From NCBI GenBank assembly GCA_025459285.1, contig JALOQY010000002.1:1-54191 (forward strand): DNA of 54,191 nt, given 5' to 3'. Source of the stretch: Planctomycetota bacterium (GTDB lineage: Bacteria > Planctomycetota > JAJSAM01). The notes under the pieces are model-generated. The model made no database searches. It saw only the letters and a list, made by a program, of their open reading frames with translations, and was not told the origin of the DNA. Made by a program: the position numbers and the translations under genes. Numbering within the stretch: the stretch's first letter is position 1; every line of letters begins with the position of its first letter. This document shows, piece by piece, positions 1 through 8,539 of this stretch.

Positions 1-2
1 CC

Positions 3-932
3 TCCGTCGGGTCGGGCCGGTGGCGGCGCCGGCTCGTCGCCGGCGCGGCGGTCGCCGTGGTGTGCCTCCTCGCCATCCCGGCGTGGCGGGAATTCCGGCG
101 CAGCGACGAGGACCGCGTGCGGGCGGCGGCAGAGGAGTTGCTCGCCGCGCTGCTGGAGCATGACTGGCAGGGCTTCGCCGACCTGCTGGATCCGGACTGT
201 CTGGGCAACGCGGAAGATCTGCTCGCGGACCTCCGCGCCGGACTCCCCGCGATACCCGCGGACTGGGCGGAAGCAGGCGTCACGGCGGAGGGGGTCCGGA
301 AGGGCGACGCGGCCTGGCTGATCGGGAAGTCGTTCGAGAGTTTCTGGCCCGAGGGTCACTTTCCGAAGCGGGTGGTCAGGCTGACCCTGGCCCGGCAAGG
401 AGCGCGGTTCGAGGCAAGGGCGGACCTTGACGCCGGGAAGGCGATCGCATTCACCTTCGACCGTCGCGGCTGGCGGGCCCTGGGCCGGTGGCGATGCACC
501 GAGTCTTTCTGGTTCATGGGGACCATGAAGTTCCATAGTCTCGAGCGGAAGCTCCCCGTCTTCCTCCCGGTCGGAGCGATCGACCCGGCGAGCGTCCACG
601 CCGTCCTCACCGTGGGATCGGGGGGCGTCTCCGGCGATGAGCGCGCGTGGCTGCTGGGGCGGCTGAACGCGGCGCTCGAGCGGGCCCCGGACCCCGCGAC
701 GGCCGTGCTCGACGCGTCGGGGAATCTCACCTTCGCCGCGGTCATCGACCTCCACGACCTGCTGATGCGGGCGGGCTTCGACCGGGTCCTGTTCACCGCG
801 GCGGAAGGCGAGCCTCCCGCCGGTCTGTGGTTGAACGGCGAGCCGTTCACGGGTCCCGACGGGCCGCCGCCGGGGCTGCGACCTTCGGACGTCCTCGATC
901 GGGTTCTCCGGGCGGGGGGGCCGCCCCGCTGA
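3..932 (+). CDS. membrane-anchored hypothetical protein with C-terminal ExbD/TolR-like domain (5' end probably outside the window)
   Basis: The ORF track gives 57..932, but the frame is open back to nt 3. The residues spanning the GTG at 57 (RWRRRLVAGAAVAVVCLLAIPAW) look like an N-terminal signal-anchor helix. The C-terminal segment AVLDASGNLTFAAVIDLHDLLMRAGFDRVLFTA resembles the ExbD/TolR periplasmic domain pattern by eye. Confidence 0.45.
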   Translation, partial: SVGSGRWRRRLVAGAAVAVVCLLAIPAWREFRRSDEDRVRAAAEELLAALLEHDWQGFADLLDPDCLGNAEDLLADLRAGLPAIPADWAEAGVTAEGVRKGDAAWLIGKSFESFWPEGHFPKRVVRLTLARQGARFEARADLDAGKAIAFTFDRRGWRALGRWRCTESFWFMGTMKFHSLERKLPVFLPVGAIDPASVHAVLTVGSGGVSGDERAWLLGRLNAALERAPDPATAVLDASGNLTFAAVIDLHDLLMRAGFDRVLFTAAEGEPPAGLWLNGEPFTGPDGPPPGLRPSDVLDRVLRAGGPPR

Positions 933-977
933 ACGGGCAGTCCTTGCTTCCGGCGGCGCATCCCCGATGATCGGGAC

Positions 978-3900
978 ATGAGGGCGCTCCGGGAACTCCT
1001 CGCCGGACCATGGCCGGCCATCGTCGTGCCGCCCCGCCTCCTCCGGCGGGTCGCGCGGCGCGCGGGGCGGGCGAGGGGCTTCCGGGTCCCGCACGGGGAC
1101 GGCCTGACGGTCGGCCGCGCCGCCCTCCTTGAATGTGTCACCGCGGCGGAGATGGGGCTATCGGACGGCGACGTCCCCGGGGGCCCGGTCATCCTCGTGG
1201 CGCGCCGGGAGGCGGAGCGCCCCGGCGCGGAGTATGACCCGGCGGCGCGCCGGCTCCTCTGGCGCGTGCGGTTCCACGGCGCGGTCCACGCCGTGCTGGA
1301 GGGGCGGATCGCCGCCGGGGAGATCGATGCCGCGGCGATCCGGCGCGACATCGACCGCATCGGGCAGGTCGCCTTCGACGAGGCGCGGGAGGTGCTCCGC
1401 CACGAAGACCGGCTCGCGCCGCCGGCGGGGGATGCCGAGGTCTTCGTGGAGTTTGCCGCGCGGTACCTCGAGCTCTCCGTCTTCGATCCCCGGGCGCTTC
1501 CCCTGTGGTTCCCCGCGGCGGCGGGCGGGGGCCGCGCGGGGGCCGTTCTCGGGGCGTACGTCGATGGTCCGGCGCTCGCGGAGGCGACGCGGGTCCCCGG
1601 CGCCGCGGAGGAGGAGGGGGGGGCGACTCCGGCGGCGCTCCGGCGGCCGGAGGTCGAGCGCGGCCGGGAGCGACCCGGCCTCCGGAAGCGCGCGGAACGC
1701 GCCGCCCGGCGGGGGAACGCCGTGCGCGCCGCGATCATCTCGGTGCGCGGCGGGCGGGAGGCGGAGGCGTTCGGCTACCTCGACGAACTGCTCGCCCGGC
1801 TGGGCGCGGCCTACCCCGAAGTCCACGGGCAACCGTTCCGGGACGGGCTTCGGGAGCTGCTTCTCCTGGCGGGCGGAGGCACGCGCACGGCGGCGGGAAA
1901 GGCGCTCTTCGATCTCCAGAAGGGCTGCGTGGAGCATGAACGCGGGGTCTACGCCGTCGACCTGCGGGGGTGTTTGACGAGCCTCTTCCGGCGGCCCCTC
2001 CGCCGCGACCTGCCCCGGCTGCGGGAAGTCCTCGTCTTCCGGCGATTGAGGCGGGCCGCGGACCGGATCGCGCGGGCCGGCCTCGGACGCGGAGGGTTCG
2101 GGGAGGCCCTGGCGCGCGCGGTGGAGGAGGCGGGGGAGCGGCTGCGCCACGGGTTCGGCCCTCCGCTGCGGGCCGTGCTCCGCGGATGCGGCCTCACGCA
2201 GGGGACGTTGCCGGAGCGCGTCGGCGTCGAGCGTGCGGTGGCCGGTCTCCTCGACCACCTGCTCTCGACCGGCCGGCTCCGGATCGGCGACGTCCGGGAC
2301 GTCATCTCCCGGAGTGACGCGAAGCTCCCCTCGGTGCGGAGTCCGGCGCAGTGGCTCCTCCGGGATCCCCTGCTCATCGCCGACCGGCGGCTCGCCGTCA
2401 AGCTCGACGGCGTCTACCGCCGGGGCGAGGTCTACCTGCGCTGGCTGCAGCGGTTGAGCGCCGCCGCGCTGGGCACCCGGGCCGGCTCCTTCCTCGTGCG
2501 CTACGCGGCGGTACCGTTCGGCGGGGCCTGGGTGCTGCTGGCCGGGCTCCATCACTTCGTGGCCCACTTCGCACCCGGGGCGCGCCTCACCGCGTGGGGG
2601 CCGGTGCTCGGCCTCGGCTCGTTCTTCTTCGCCCTGCTCCACAGCGGGCGGTTCCGGCGGGGGATGGCGAAGGCCGGGAAGGTCGCGGTGAAGGCGGCGC
2701 GTGCCGTGGTCGGTCTCCCCGCGAGGCTCCTGCACCTGCCGATCGTGGCGCGGATCCTCGGGAGCCGGACAACGAAGCTCCTGTTCCGCTACGTCCTGCG
2801 GCCGGCGGCAGGGACGGCGGCGATCTTCGGCCTTCTCGCGATGGCCGGCGTCTCGGGGTTCCCGGAACCGCTGGCCGCCCTCGCCGTGTTCCTCGGGGTG
2901 AACCTGTTCCTCTACTCGCCCTTCTTCCGGCGCGCCGAGGAGCGGGCGGCGGACTGGCTCCTCGTGAACTGGAACTTCCTGCGCCGGACGGTCCTCACCG
3001 GTCTCTTCCGGGCGGTCATGGCGACGTTCCGCCTCCTGCTCGACCTGCTCGACCGGATCCTCTACCGGATCGACGAATGGCTGCGGTTCCGGGAGGGGGA
3101 TCCGCGGGTTTCGGTGGTCCTGAAGGCCGTGGCGAACCCCGTCTGGGGCACAGTGGGCTACGTGCTGCGATTCGCGGTCACGCTCGTCGTGGAGCCGCAG
3201 ATCAACCCGATCAAGCACTTCCCGGTGGTCACCGTCGCCCACAAGGTCTTCCTGCCCTTCGCTCCGAAGATCGCCTCGCTCTTCTCACCGCTGGGGCCGT
3301 TCGCCGCCATCCTGCTCGGGGGGGCGATGACCGTGGCGATCCCCGGGCTCTGCGGATTCCTCGCGTGGGAGCTGCGCGAGAACTGGCGGCTCTTCGCCAC
3401 GAACCGGTCGCCTCTGCTCGGCCCGGTGATGATGGGCCACCACGGGGAGACGATGATCCGCCTGCTGCGGCCGGGCTTCCACTCCGGCACCCTGCCGAAG
3501 GCGTGGCGGAAGCTCCGGCGCGCGCCGGCCGGGGGGGGGCGGGAGCGGCGGGCGCGGGAGATGCTCCTCTCGGTGGTGGAGTCGGTGGCGCGGTTCGTGG
3601 AGCGGCACGGTGTGTGGCTCCTTCGCGAACGCGGGGTCGACGCCCGGGTGGGCGAGGTCCGGCTCGCGGGCAACGCCGTCCGGGTGACGCTCCCGGGTCT
3701 CGTCGTGCTGTCCTTCGAGGAGCAGTCGGGGCGGATCGTGGCCGGCGTCGAGGAGCTGACGCCCGGGGCGACGGCGACGGGGCCGGTGCGGACGGCGGTG
3801 GTGGGGCTGCTGAAGCGCGCCGGGGTCGAGGTGGTCCGCGGGCAGGTGGCGGCGGCGCTGAACGGCGTGCCGTGGGACGTCTCCGACCGCGGGCTCGTCG

Positions 3901-4097
3901 TCTGGCCCGACCCGGACTTCCGGCGGGAGGTCGTCTACCGCCTTCGCCCGGGGAAGGCCCTCGAGCCCCGGGAGGGCATCGGTCCGGCGTTCGATCCGGC
4001 GGCCGTCCTCTTCTCCGAGTGGCCGGTGGCCTTCAGCCAGTGGACCCGCGCCTGGGATCGCGGCGAGGAGCTCCTTCCGCGGCTCCCTCTCGCCTAG
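978..4097 (+). CDS. large multi-pass membrane protein, family not recognised
   Basis: ATG at 978 opens a 1039-aa ORF. The central block has many hydrophobic helices (WVLLAGLHHFVAHF, GLGSFFFALLHSG, AIFGLLAMAGVSGF, AVFLGVNLFLYSPFF, AAILLGGAMTVAIPGLCGFLAW). It is flanked by Arg/Ala-rich soluble regions. No catalytic motif recognised. Confidence 0.7.
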   Translation: MRALRELLAGPWPAIVVPPRLLRRVARRAGRARGFRVPHGDGLTVGRAALLECVTAAEMGLSDGDVPGGPVILVARREAERPGAEYDPAARRLLWRVRFHGAVHAVLEGRIAAGEIDAAAIRRDIDRIGQVAFDEAREVLRHEDRLAPPAGDAEVFVEFAARYLELSVFDPRALPLWFPAAAGGGRAGAVLGAYVDGPALAEATRVPGAAEEEGGATPAALRRPEVERGRERPGLRKRAERAARRGNAVRAAIISVRGGREAEAFGYLDELLARLGAAYPEVHGQPFRDGLRELLLLAGGGTRTAAGKALFDLQKGCVEHERGVYAVDLRGCLTSLFRRPLRRDLPRLREVLVFRRLRRAADRIARAGLGRGGFGEALARAVEEAGERLRHGFGPPLRAVLRGCGLTQGTLPERVGVERAVAGLLDHLLSTGRLRIGDVRDVISRSDAKLPSVRSPAQWLLRDPLLIADRRLAVKLDGVYRRGEVYLRWLQRLSAAALGTRAGSFLVRYAAVPFGGAWVLLAGLHHFVAHFAPGARLTAWGPVLGLGSFFFALLHSGRFRRGMAKAGKVAVKAARAVVGLPARLLHLPIVARILGSRTTKLLFRYVLRPAAGTAAIFGLLAMAGVSGFPEPLAALAVFLGVNLFLYSPFFRRAEERAADWLLVNWNFLRRTVLTGLFRAVMATFRLLLDLLDRILYRIDEWLRFREGDPRVSVVLKAVANPVWGTVGYVLRFAVTLVVEPQINPIKHFPVVTVAHKVFLPFAPKIASLFSPLGPFAAILLGGAMTVAIPGLCGFLAWELRENWRLFATNRSPLLGPVMMGHHGETMIRLLRPGFHSGTLPKAWRKLRRAPAGGGRERRAREMLLSVVESVARFVERHGVWLLRERGVDARVGEVRLAGNAVRVTLPGLVVLSFEEQSGRIVAGVEELTPGATATGPVRTAVVGLLKRAGVEVVRGQVAAALNGVPWDVSDRGLVVWPDPDFRREVVYRLRPGKALEPREGIGPAFDPAAVLFSEWPVAFSQWTRAWDRGEELLPRLPLA

Positions 4098-4152
4098 CAG
4101 CCCGTGCGCGTGAGCCCTCATGCGCACGGAGGCCTCTCGGCAACGGGCCGCC
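4095..4152. repeat. degenerate member of the TAG-CAGCCCGT palindromic repeat family
   Basis: Begins with the TAG stop (4095-4097) of the 978..4097 gene, followed by CAGCCCGT. The right arm cggcaacgggccgc resembles the family arm ggcgacgggctgc. The core differs from the other copies. Confidence 0.45.
4102..4129 (+). terminator. stem-loop immediately after the stop codon (12-bp stem with one G-U pair, 4-nt loop)
   Basis: ccgtgcgcgtga-gccc-tcatgcgcacgg. There is no U-tract, so activity as an intrinsic terminator is unproven. Confidence 0.4.
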
Positions 4153-4158
4153 AGGGCG

Positions 4159-4237
4159 GGCAAACTGACCCAGGGGCAAACTGACCCAGGGTCATTCTTC
4201 CCGGGCGGGAGGATTGACCCTGGGTCATTCTTCCCGG
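4159..4237. repeat. tandem plus dyad repeat block in a convergent intergenic region
   Basis: GGCAAACTGACCCAGG occurs twice in tandem (4159-4174, 4175-4190). A 23-nt direct repeat TGACCC(A/T)GGGTCATTCTTCCCGG occurs at 4182-4204 and 4215-4237. Its first 13 nt form the perfect palindrome TGACCCnGGGTCA. Confidence 0.8.
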
Positions 4238-4241
4238 ATTT

Positions 4242-5738
4242 TCAGGGGAGGGCGGCGTCCATGCGGCGGCAGACCTGGCGGAGGACCTCCAGCCGGGCGT
4301 GGAGCTTGTCCTCGGCGGGCACGAGGATCCACGGGGCGGCGCGGGTGCTGGTGCGCTCCAGCATGTCGTTCACCGCCTCCTCGTAGCGGTCCCACTTCTC
4401 CCGGTTGCGCCAGTCCTCCCCGGTCAGCTTCCAGCGCTTGTGGGGCGTGCGCTGGCGCTCGCGGAAGCGACGGGCCTGCTCCTCCTTCGAAATGTGCAGC
4501 CAGAACTTCACGAGGATGACGCCGTGCTCCACGAGCTGGCGCTCGAACTCGTTGACCTCCACGTAGGCCCGGCGCCACTCGTTCTCCGTCGCGAGGCCCT
4601 CGACGCGCTCCACCAGCACGCGGCCGTACCAGCTCCGGTCGAAGATCGTGATGCGGCCGGCGCGGGACAGCCTTCGCCAGAAGCGCCAGAGGTAGTGGTG
4701 CGCCCGTTCCTCGTCCGTGGGCGCCGCCACCGAGATGACCTCGTAGTCGCGTGCGTCGAGCGGCGCGGTGAGGGCCCGGATCGCGCCGCCCTTCCCTGCG
4801 GCGTCCCAGCCCTCGAAGACGAGGATCGTGGAGGTCTTCTTCTCCCGGGCGCGGCGGCGCAGGACGTTGAGGCGGGCTTCGTATTTCGGACGACGGAGCT
4901 CGTAATTCCGCTTCGGGAGCTTCGCCCCCAGATCGAGGGTCGACAGGAGCGACGGCGTCGCGGCGGCGCGGACCGCCGGGGCGGGCGGGCCGGGCTGGTC
5001 GGCCTCGGCCTTCGCGCGGCGCGCGGGCCCCTCCGTGACCCCCCGGTCGAGGGCGTCGAGGAGGATGCCGCCCACGCGCAGGCTGCGGTAGCGCTCGTCG
5101 AGGCCCTCGACGATGTGCCAGGGGCACCGTCCTGTGCTGGTCCGCATGATCATCCGCTCGGCGGCGGCGAGGAGCTCCTCCCGGAGCTTCAGGCGCCGGA
5201 AGTCCCGCTTCGTCACCCGCCAGGCGGTCAGGGGATCCTCCGCGAGGGCCGCGAGGCGGCGTCGCTGGGCCTTCGCGGACAGGTGCATCCAGAACTTCAC
5301 GATGAGCGTACCGTCATTGGCGAGGGTCCGCTCGAACGCGATGATCCGCTCCAGCTCCTCATCGAACCGGGACGCCGAGATCCTTCCCTGGACCCGGTCG
5401 AGGAGGGGGCGCTCATACCAGGCGGACAGGAAGACGCCGAGGTGGCCGCGCGCCGGCAGGTCCCGCCAGTAGCGCCAGTACTCCGGCCGTTCGCGCTCCT
5501 CCTCGGAGGGCGGACCGTAGGCGCGCGTGACGATGCGCCGGGGGTCCATCCAGGTGGAGAGCAGCGTGGCCAGTTCGCCCTTGCCGGCGGCATCGACGCC
5601 GGAGAACAGGACGATGGCGGAGGCCTCGGACTGCGCGAGTTTCCACTCCGCTTCGAGGAGCTTCTCGCGCAGCACGGGCTCGTGCCGGCGGAAGTCGGTC
5701 TTCGTGACCTTCTGGCCCAGTTCGGCGGATTCGAACAT
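4242..5738 (-). CDS. ppk2: two-domain polyphosphate kinase 2 family protein (polyphosphate:AMP phosphotransferase-like)
   Basis: Two PPK2 modules, each with a Walker-A-like motif (VLFSGVDAAGKGE and VFEGWDAAGKGG) and repeated YWRYW/YLWRFW and SWYxR motifs. The start is set at the internal ATG (MFESAELG) at 5738. The upstream start at 5849 would overlap the divergent sixA gene. Confidence 0.9.
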   Translation of the reverse strand: MFESAELGQKVTKTDFRRHEPVLREKLLEAEWKLAQSEASAIVLFSGVDAAGKGELATLLSTWMDPRRIVTRAYGPPSEEERERPEYWRYWRDLPARGHLGVFLSAWYERPLLDRVQGRISASRFDEELERIIAFERTLANDGTLIVKFWMHLSAKAQRRRLAALAEDPLTAWRVTKRDFRRLKLREELLAAAERMIMRTSTGRCPWHIVEGLDERYRSLRVGGILLDALDRGVTEGPARRAKAEADQPGPPAPAVRAAATPSLLSTLDLGAKLPKRNYELRRPKYEARLNVLRRRAREKKTSTILVFEGWDAAGKGGAIRALTAPLDARDYEVISVAAPTDEERAHHYLWRFWRRLSRAGRITIFDRSWYGRVLVERVEGLATENEWRRAYVEVNEFERQLVEHGVILVKFWLHISKEEQARRFRERQRTPHKRWKLTGEDWRNREKWDRYEEAVNDMLERTSTRAAPWILVPAEDKLHARLEVLRQVCRRMDAALP

Positions 5739-5816
5739 CGGATCGTATGCATACCCCGGCGAGGTCCGGCCGGCAAGGGAGTTGCCCGGGTGACCGCCCG
5801 GCGCGATACTCCCGGC

Positions 5817-6320
5817 ATGGGAAAGCGAGAACTGCTCGTGCTGCGGCACGCGAAGGCGGAGGCCGCCGGGGGCTCCGACGAGACCCGCGACCTGACGAAG
5901 AGGGGCATCGCGGACTGCGACCGGATCGCGGCGTGGCTCGAGGCCCAGGACCTCGTACCGGACGAGTTCCTTTCATCCACCGCGGTGCGGGCCGCCCGCA
6001 CCGCGAAGCGCGTGATGAAGGGACTTCGCCTGAAGACCACCGACCTGCGAACGGACGAACGGCTCTACCTGGCTTCCATGCCGCGGATCCTCGACGTCCT
6101 TGGCGAAATCTCCGGGCAGCGCGTGCTCCTCGTGGCCCACAACCCCGGACTCGGGGAACTGGTGGAGCACCTCTCCGGCGGGACCCCGGAGCCGCCCGGG
6201 GGAGAGAAGGCTTTCCCCACGGCGGCCCTGGCGTGGTTCCGGTTGCCGGGGGACTGGGCGAGGCTTCGCCGCGGGGACGGCGAACTCGTGGCCCTCATCC
6301 GCCCGAAGGCGCTGCCGTGA
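5817..6320 (+). CDS. sixA: SixA-like histidine phosphatase family protein
   Basis: MGKRELLVLRHAKAE carries an RHG-type motif. It is followed by TKRGIADCDRIAAWL, STAVRAARTA and LLVAHNPGL, and the size is ~167 aa. ATG at 5817 lies inside the long ORF 4299..6320. Confidence 0.8.
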   Translation: MGKRELLVLRHAKAEAAGGSDETRDLTKRGIADCDRIAAWLEAQDLVPDEFLSSTAVRAARTAKRVMKGLRLKTTDLRTDERLYLASMPRILDVLGEISGQRVLLVAHNPGLGELVEHLSGGTPEPPGGEKAFPTAALAWFRLPGDWARLRRGDGELVALIRPKALP

Positions 6321-7762
6321 AGCCGCGCCGGGCGGGGCTCTTCCTTGCGGTCCTGCTCCTTGCGGCGACGGCGCGCGCCGATCCGTGGGTGCCGTCCACG
6401 TACGGGGACTCGATGGTCCTCCAGCGGGACCGACCGGTTCGGGTGACCGGGGGGGCGGAACCGGGGGAACGGGTCTCCGTGCGGATCGCCGGGAAGTCGG
6501 GTTCGGCCGTCGCGGGACCGGATGGATCGTTCTCGGTGGAACTGCCCGCGCTCCGGGCCGGGGGACCGCACGAGATGGTCGTGAAAGGGCACGGGCCGGC
6601 GCTCGTGTTCCACGGCGTGCTCGTGGGGGAGGTCTGGGTCTGCTCCGGGCAGTCGAACATGGCGTGGACGGTGGCGGCCTCGAAAGGCGCCGCGGAGGAG
6701 GTGCCAAAAGCCGACCACCCGATGATCCGATTCCTCACGGTCCCCCCGAAGGCGGCGGTGGAGCCCGCCCGCAACTTCCCCGGCCGCTGGCTTGCCTGCA
6801 CTCCCGAGAGCGTGAGGGGTTTCTCCGCCGTGGGGTACTTCTTCGGCCGCGAGATCCACCGGGCGCTGAAGGTGCCGGTGGGGCTGGTGAACGCGTCCTT
6901 CGGCGGCACGCCCGCCGAGGCGTGGACGCCGCGGGCGGAACTCGCCGCCGACGGCTCCTTCGAGGCCCTGCTCGGGCGTTTCCCTGAATCCCCGGGCGCG
7001 GACGGGAAGCCGGTCGTTCGCGCCGACCGGCCGGGCCAGCTCTACGATGCCATGATCGCCCCGCTTGCCGGGTTCCCGATCCGCGGGGTGATCTGGTACC
7101 AGGGGGAGTCGAATGCTGGACGCGCCTCTCAATACCGGCGTCTTTTTCCCTGCCTCATCCGCTCGTGGCGGAAGGCCTGGGGGCAGGGTGACTTCCCGTT
7201 CCATTTCGTCCAGCTCGCGAACTTCCGGGCTCGCGCCGCGGAACCCGGACCCAGCGAGTGGGCGGAGCTCCGCGAGGCCCAGCGGGCGACGCTCGAGGCC
7301 CTTCCGGCCACCGGCATGGCGGTGACGATCGACATCGGAGATGCCGGCGACATCCACCCGAAGAACAAGCAGGAAGTGGGGCGGAGGCTCGCGCTCCTTG
7401 CCCTCGCGAAGGACTACGGGAAGGACGTCATCGCGTCGGGGCCGGTGTTCGTCACCGCGGAGCGGCGGGGCGACGGGATGGCGCTGCGGTTCGCGGAGGT
7501 CGCGGGCGGGCTGCGGCCCTCGGGGGACGGGAAGCTCACGGGTTTCGCGGTGGCCGGCCTCGACCGGCAGTTCCGGTGGGCGGAGGCGGTCGTCACGGGG
7601 AAGGACTCGGTCCTCGTGCGATGCCCGGCGGTGCCGGAGCCGGTGGCGGTCCGGTACGCCTGGGCCGACAACCCCGAGGCGAACCTCGTGAACGGCGCGG
7701 TGCTTCCCGCGTCGCCCTTCCGGACCGACGACTGGCCGGGAGTGACGGAGGGGAAGGAATGA
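6317..7762 (+). CDS. sialate O-acetylesterase-like (SASA/GDSL-type) secreted esterase
   Basis: The GTG at 6317 overlaps the sixA TGA (GTGA). Signal peptide AGLFLAVLLLAATARA, GQSNM motif (VWVCSGQSNMAW), and WYQGESN and DIHPKNKQEVGRRLA motifs typical of this family. Confidence 0.8.
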   Translation: MKPRRAGLFLAVLLLAATARADPWVPSTYGDSMVLQRDRPVRVTGGAEPGERVSVRIAGKSGSAVAGPDGSFSVELPALRAGGPHEMVVKGHGPALVFHGVLVGEVWVCSGQSNMAWTVAASKGAAEEVPKADHPMIRFLTVPPKAAVEPARNFPGRWLACTPESVRGFSAVGYFFGREIHRALKVPVGLVNASFGGTPAEAWTPRAELAADGSFEALLGRFPESPGADGKPVVRADRPGQLYDAMIAPLAGFPIRGVIWYQGESNAGRASQYRRLFPCLIRSWRKAWGQGDFPFHFVQLANFRARAAEPGPSEWAELREAQRATLEALPATGMAVTIDIGDAGDIHPKNKQEVGRRLALLALAKDYGKDVIASGPVFVTAERRGDGMALRFAEVAGGLRPSGDGKLTGFAVAGLDRQFRWAEAVVTGKDSVLVRCPAVPEPVAVRYAWADNPEANLVNGAVLPASPFRTDDWPGVTEGKE

Positions 7763-8022
7763 GCCGCGGCGCTGCATGGATCGCGGGCCTCGTCTTCCTC
7801 GTCGTCCGGGACGGCAGGCCGGTGGCCGCGGTCGAGGTCTCGCGCGTGGAGCGCGGTTTCCGCGTCGCCCGGCCGATGCCGACGGATCCGGGCGACCCCG
7901 TGCGGGCGGAGGCCCGGCTCCGAGCCGGATCCGGGCCGGCGGGACGCGAAGGGTCCGGTCATCGACGGCGGGTCACCGGCCCGGTCGGGCGAGGCGCAGG
8001 CTCACGAGTCGATCAGGGCTGA
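7759..8022 (+). CDS. small hypothetical ORF (uncertain)
   Basis: The ATG overlaps the esterase stop (ATGA at 7759-7762). The first ~50 codons have strongly G/C third positions and the tail less so. No motif recognised. Confidence 0.25.
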   Translation: MSRGAAWIAGLVFLVVRDGRPVAAVEVSRVERGFRVARPMPTDPGDPVRAEARLRAGSGPAGREGSGHRRRVTGPVGRGAGSRVDQG

Positions 8023-8095
8023 CGCCCTGCTCGGCGGCTTCGATGGCGAGCCAGCGGTGTTCGTCCGGCGGGATACGGACGAGGAACCGGCCGGT
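7973..8095 (-). pseudogene. start-less ribbon-helix-helix (HicB/Arc/CopG-like) coding remnant, in frame after the doxX TGA
   Basis: The minus-strand codons directly after the doxX stop read TGRFLVRIPPDEHRWLAIEAAEQGVSPDRLVSLRLARPGR-stop. The pattern is a beta-strand, helix and helix as in an RHH antitoxin DNA-binding domain. There is no ATG/GTG/TTG between the doxX TGA and the domain. G/C third positions are coding-like. Confidence 0.4.
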
Positions 8096-8539
8096 TCAGG
8101 CGGGGAGGCGGTCCTTCGAGAGGGCGCCGTCGACCGAGAGGCGGCCGGCGCCGAGGAAGACGACGGCAAGGGCCATGGCGCCGAGGGCCATCGGGTACTC
8201 GAATCCACCGGCGGCAGCGAAGAAGCCGTTCTTCCAGTGGACGAAGTAGACCGCCCCGCCCATGACCGAGAGGATGGAGAGGGCGGCGAGGCGGGTGAGG
8301 AAGCCGAGCGCCACGCCGATGGCGCCGAGGAACTCCGCGGCGATCACGCAGTAGGCGAGCTCCGTGGAGAACCAGGACTGGTTGATCCCGGTCCGGAGCA
8401 TCTCGGCGGTCTCCTTCAGCGGCTTGCCGCCCCAGATGCCGAGAGCCTTTTGCGCGCCATGGGGGAACATGGCCGCGGCGAGGCCGAGGCGGAGAATCAG
8501 CCCGCCGATGCCGCTACGGGTCCGGAAGAGCCATTTCAT
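8096..8539 (-). CDS. DoxX family membrane protein
   Basis: 147 aa with four hydrophobic segments (GGLILRLGLAAAMFPHG, LAYCVIAAEFLGAIGVALG, LAALSILSVMGGAVYFVH, MALGAMALAVVFLGAGRLSVD), matching the typical DoxX layout. The ATG overlaps the upstream gene stop (ATGA at 8536-8539). Confidence 0.8.
   Translation of the reverse strand: MKWLFRTRSGIGGLILRLGLAAAMFPHGAQKALGIWGGKPLKETAEMLRTGINQSWFSTELAYCVIAAEFLGAIGVALGFLTRLAALSILSVMGGAVYFVHWKNGFFAAAGGFEYPMALGAMALAVVFLGAGRLSVDGALSKDRLPA

Noticed and set aside
4159-4237. Possible CRISPR array or minisatellite
   Set aside because: There are only two copies of each unit, no spacer-repeat periodicity and no cas genes. It is reported instead as a dyad/tandem repeat block.
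8093-8098. Selenocysteine or reassigned TGA at the end of doxX
   Set aside because: TGA is used as an ordinary stop by many well-supported genes in the window. No SECIS-like hairpin follows. DoxX already ends where homologues do, so a relic or rare readthrough is more parsimonious.
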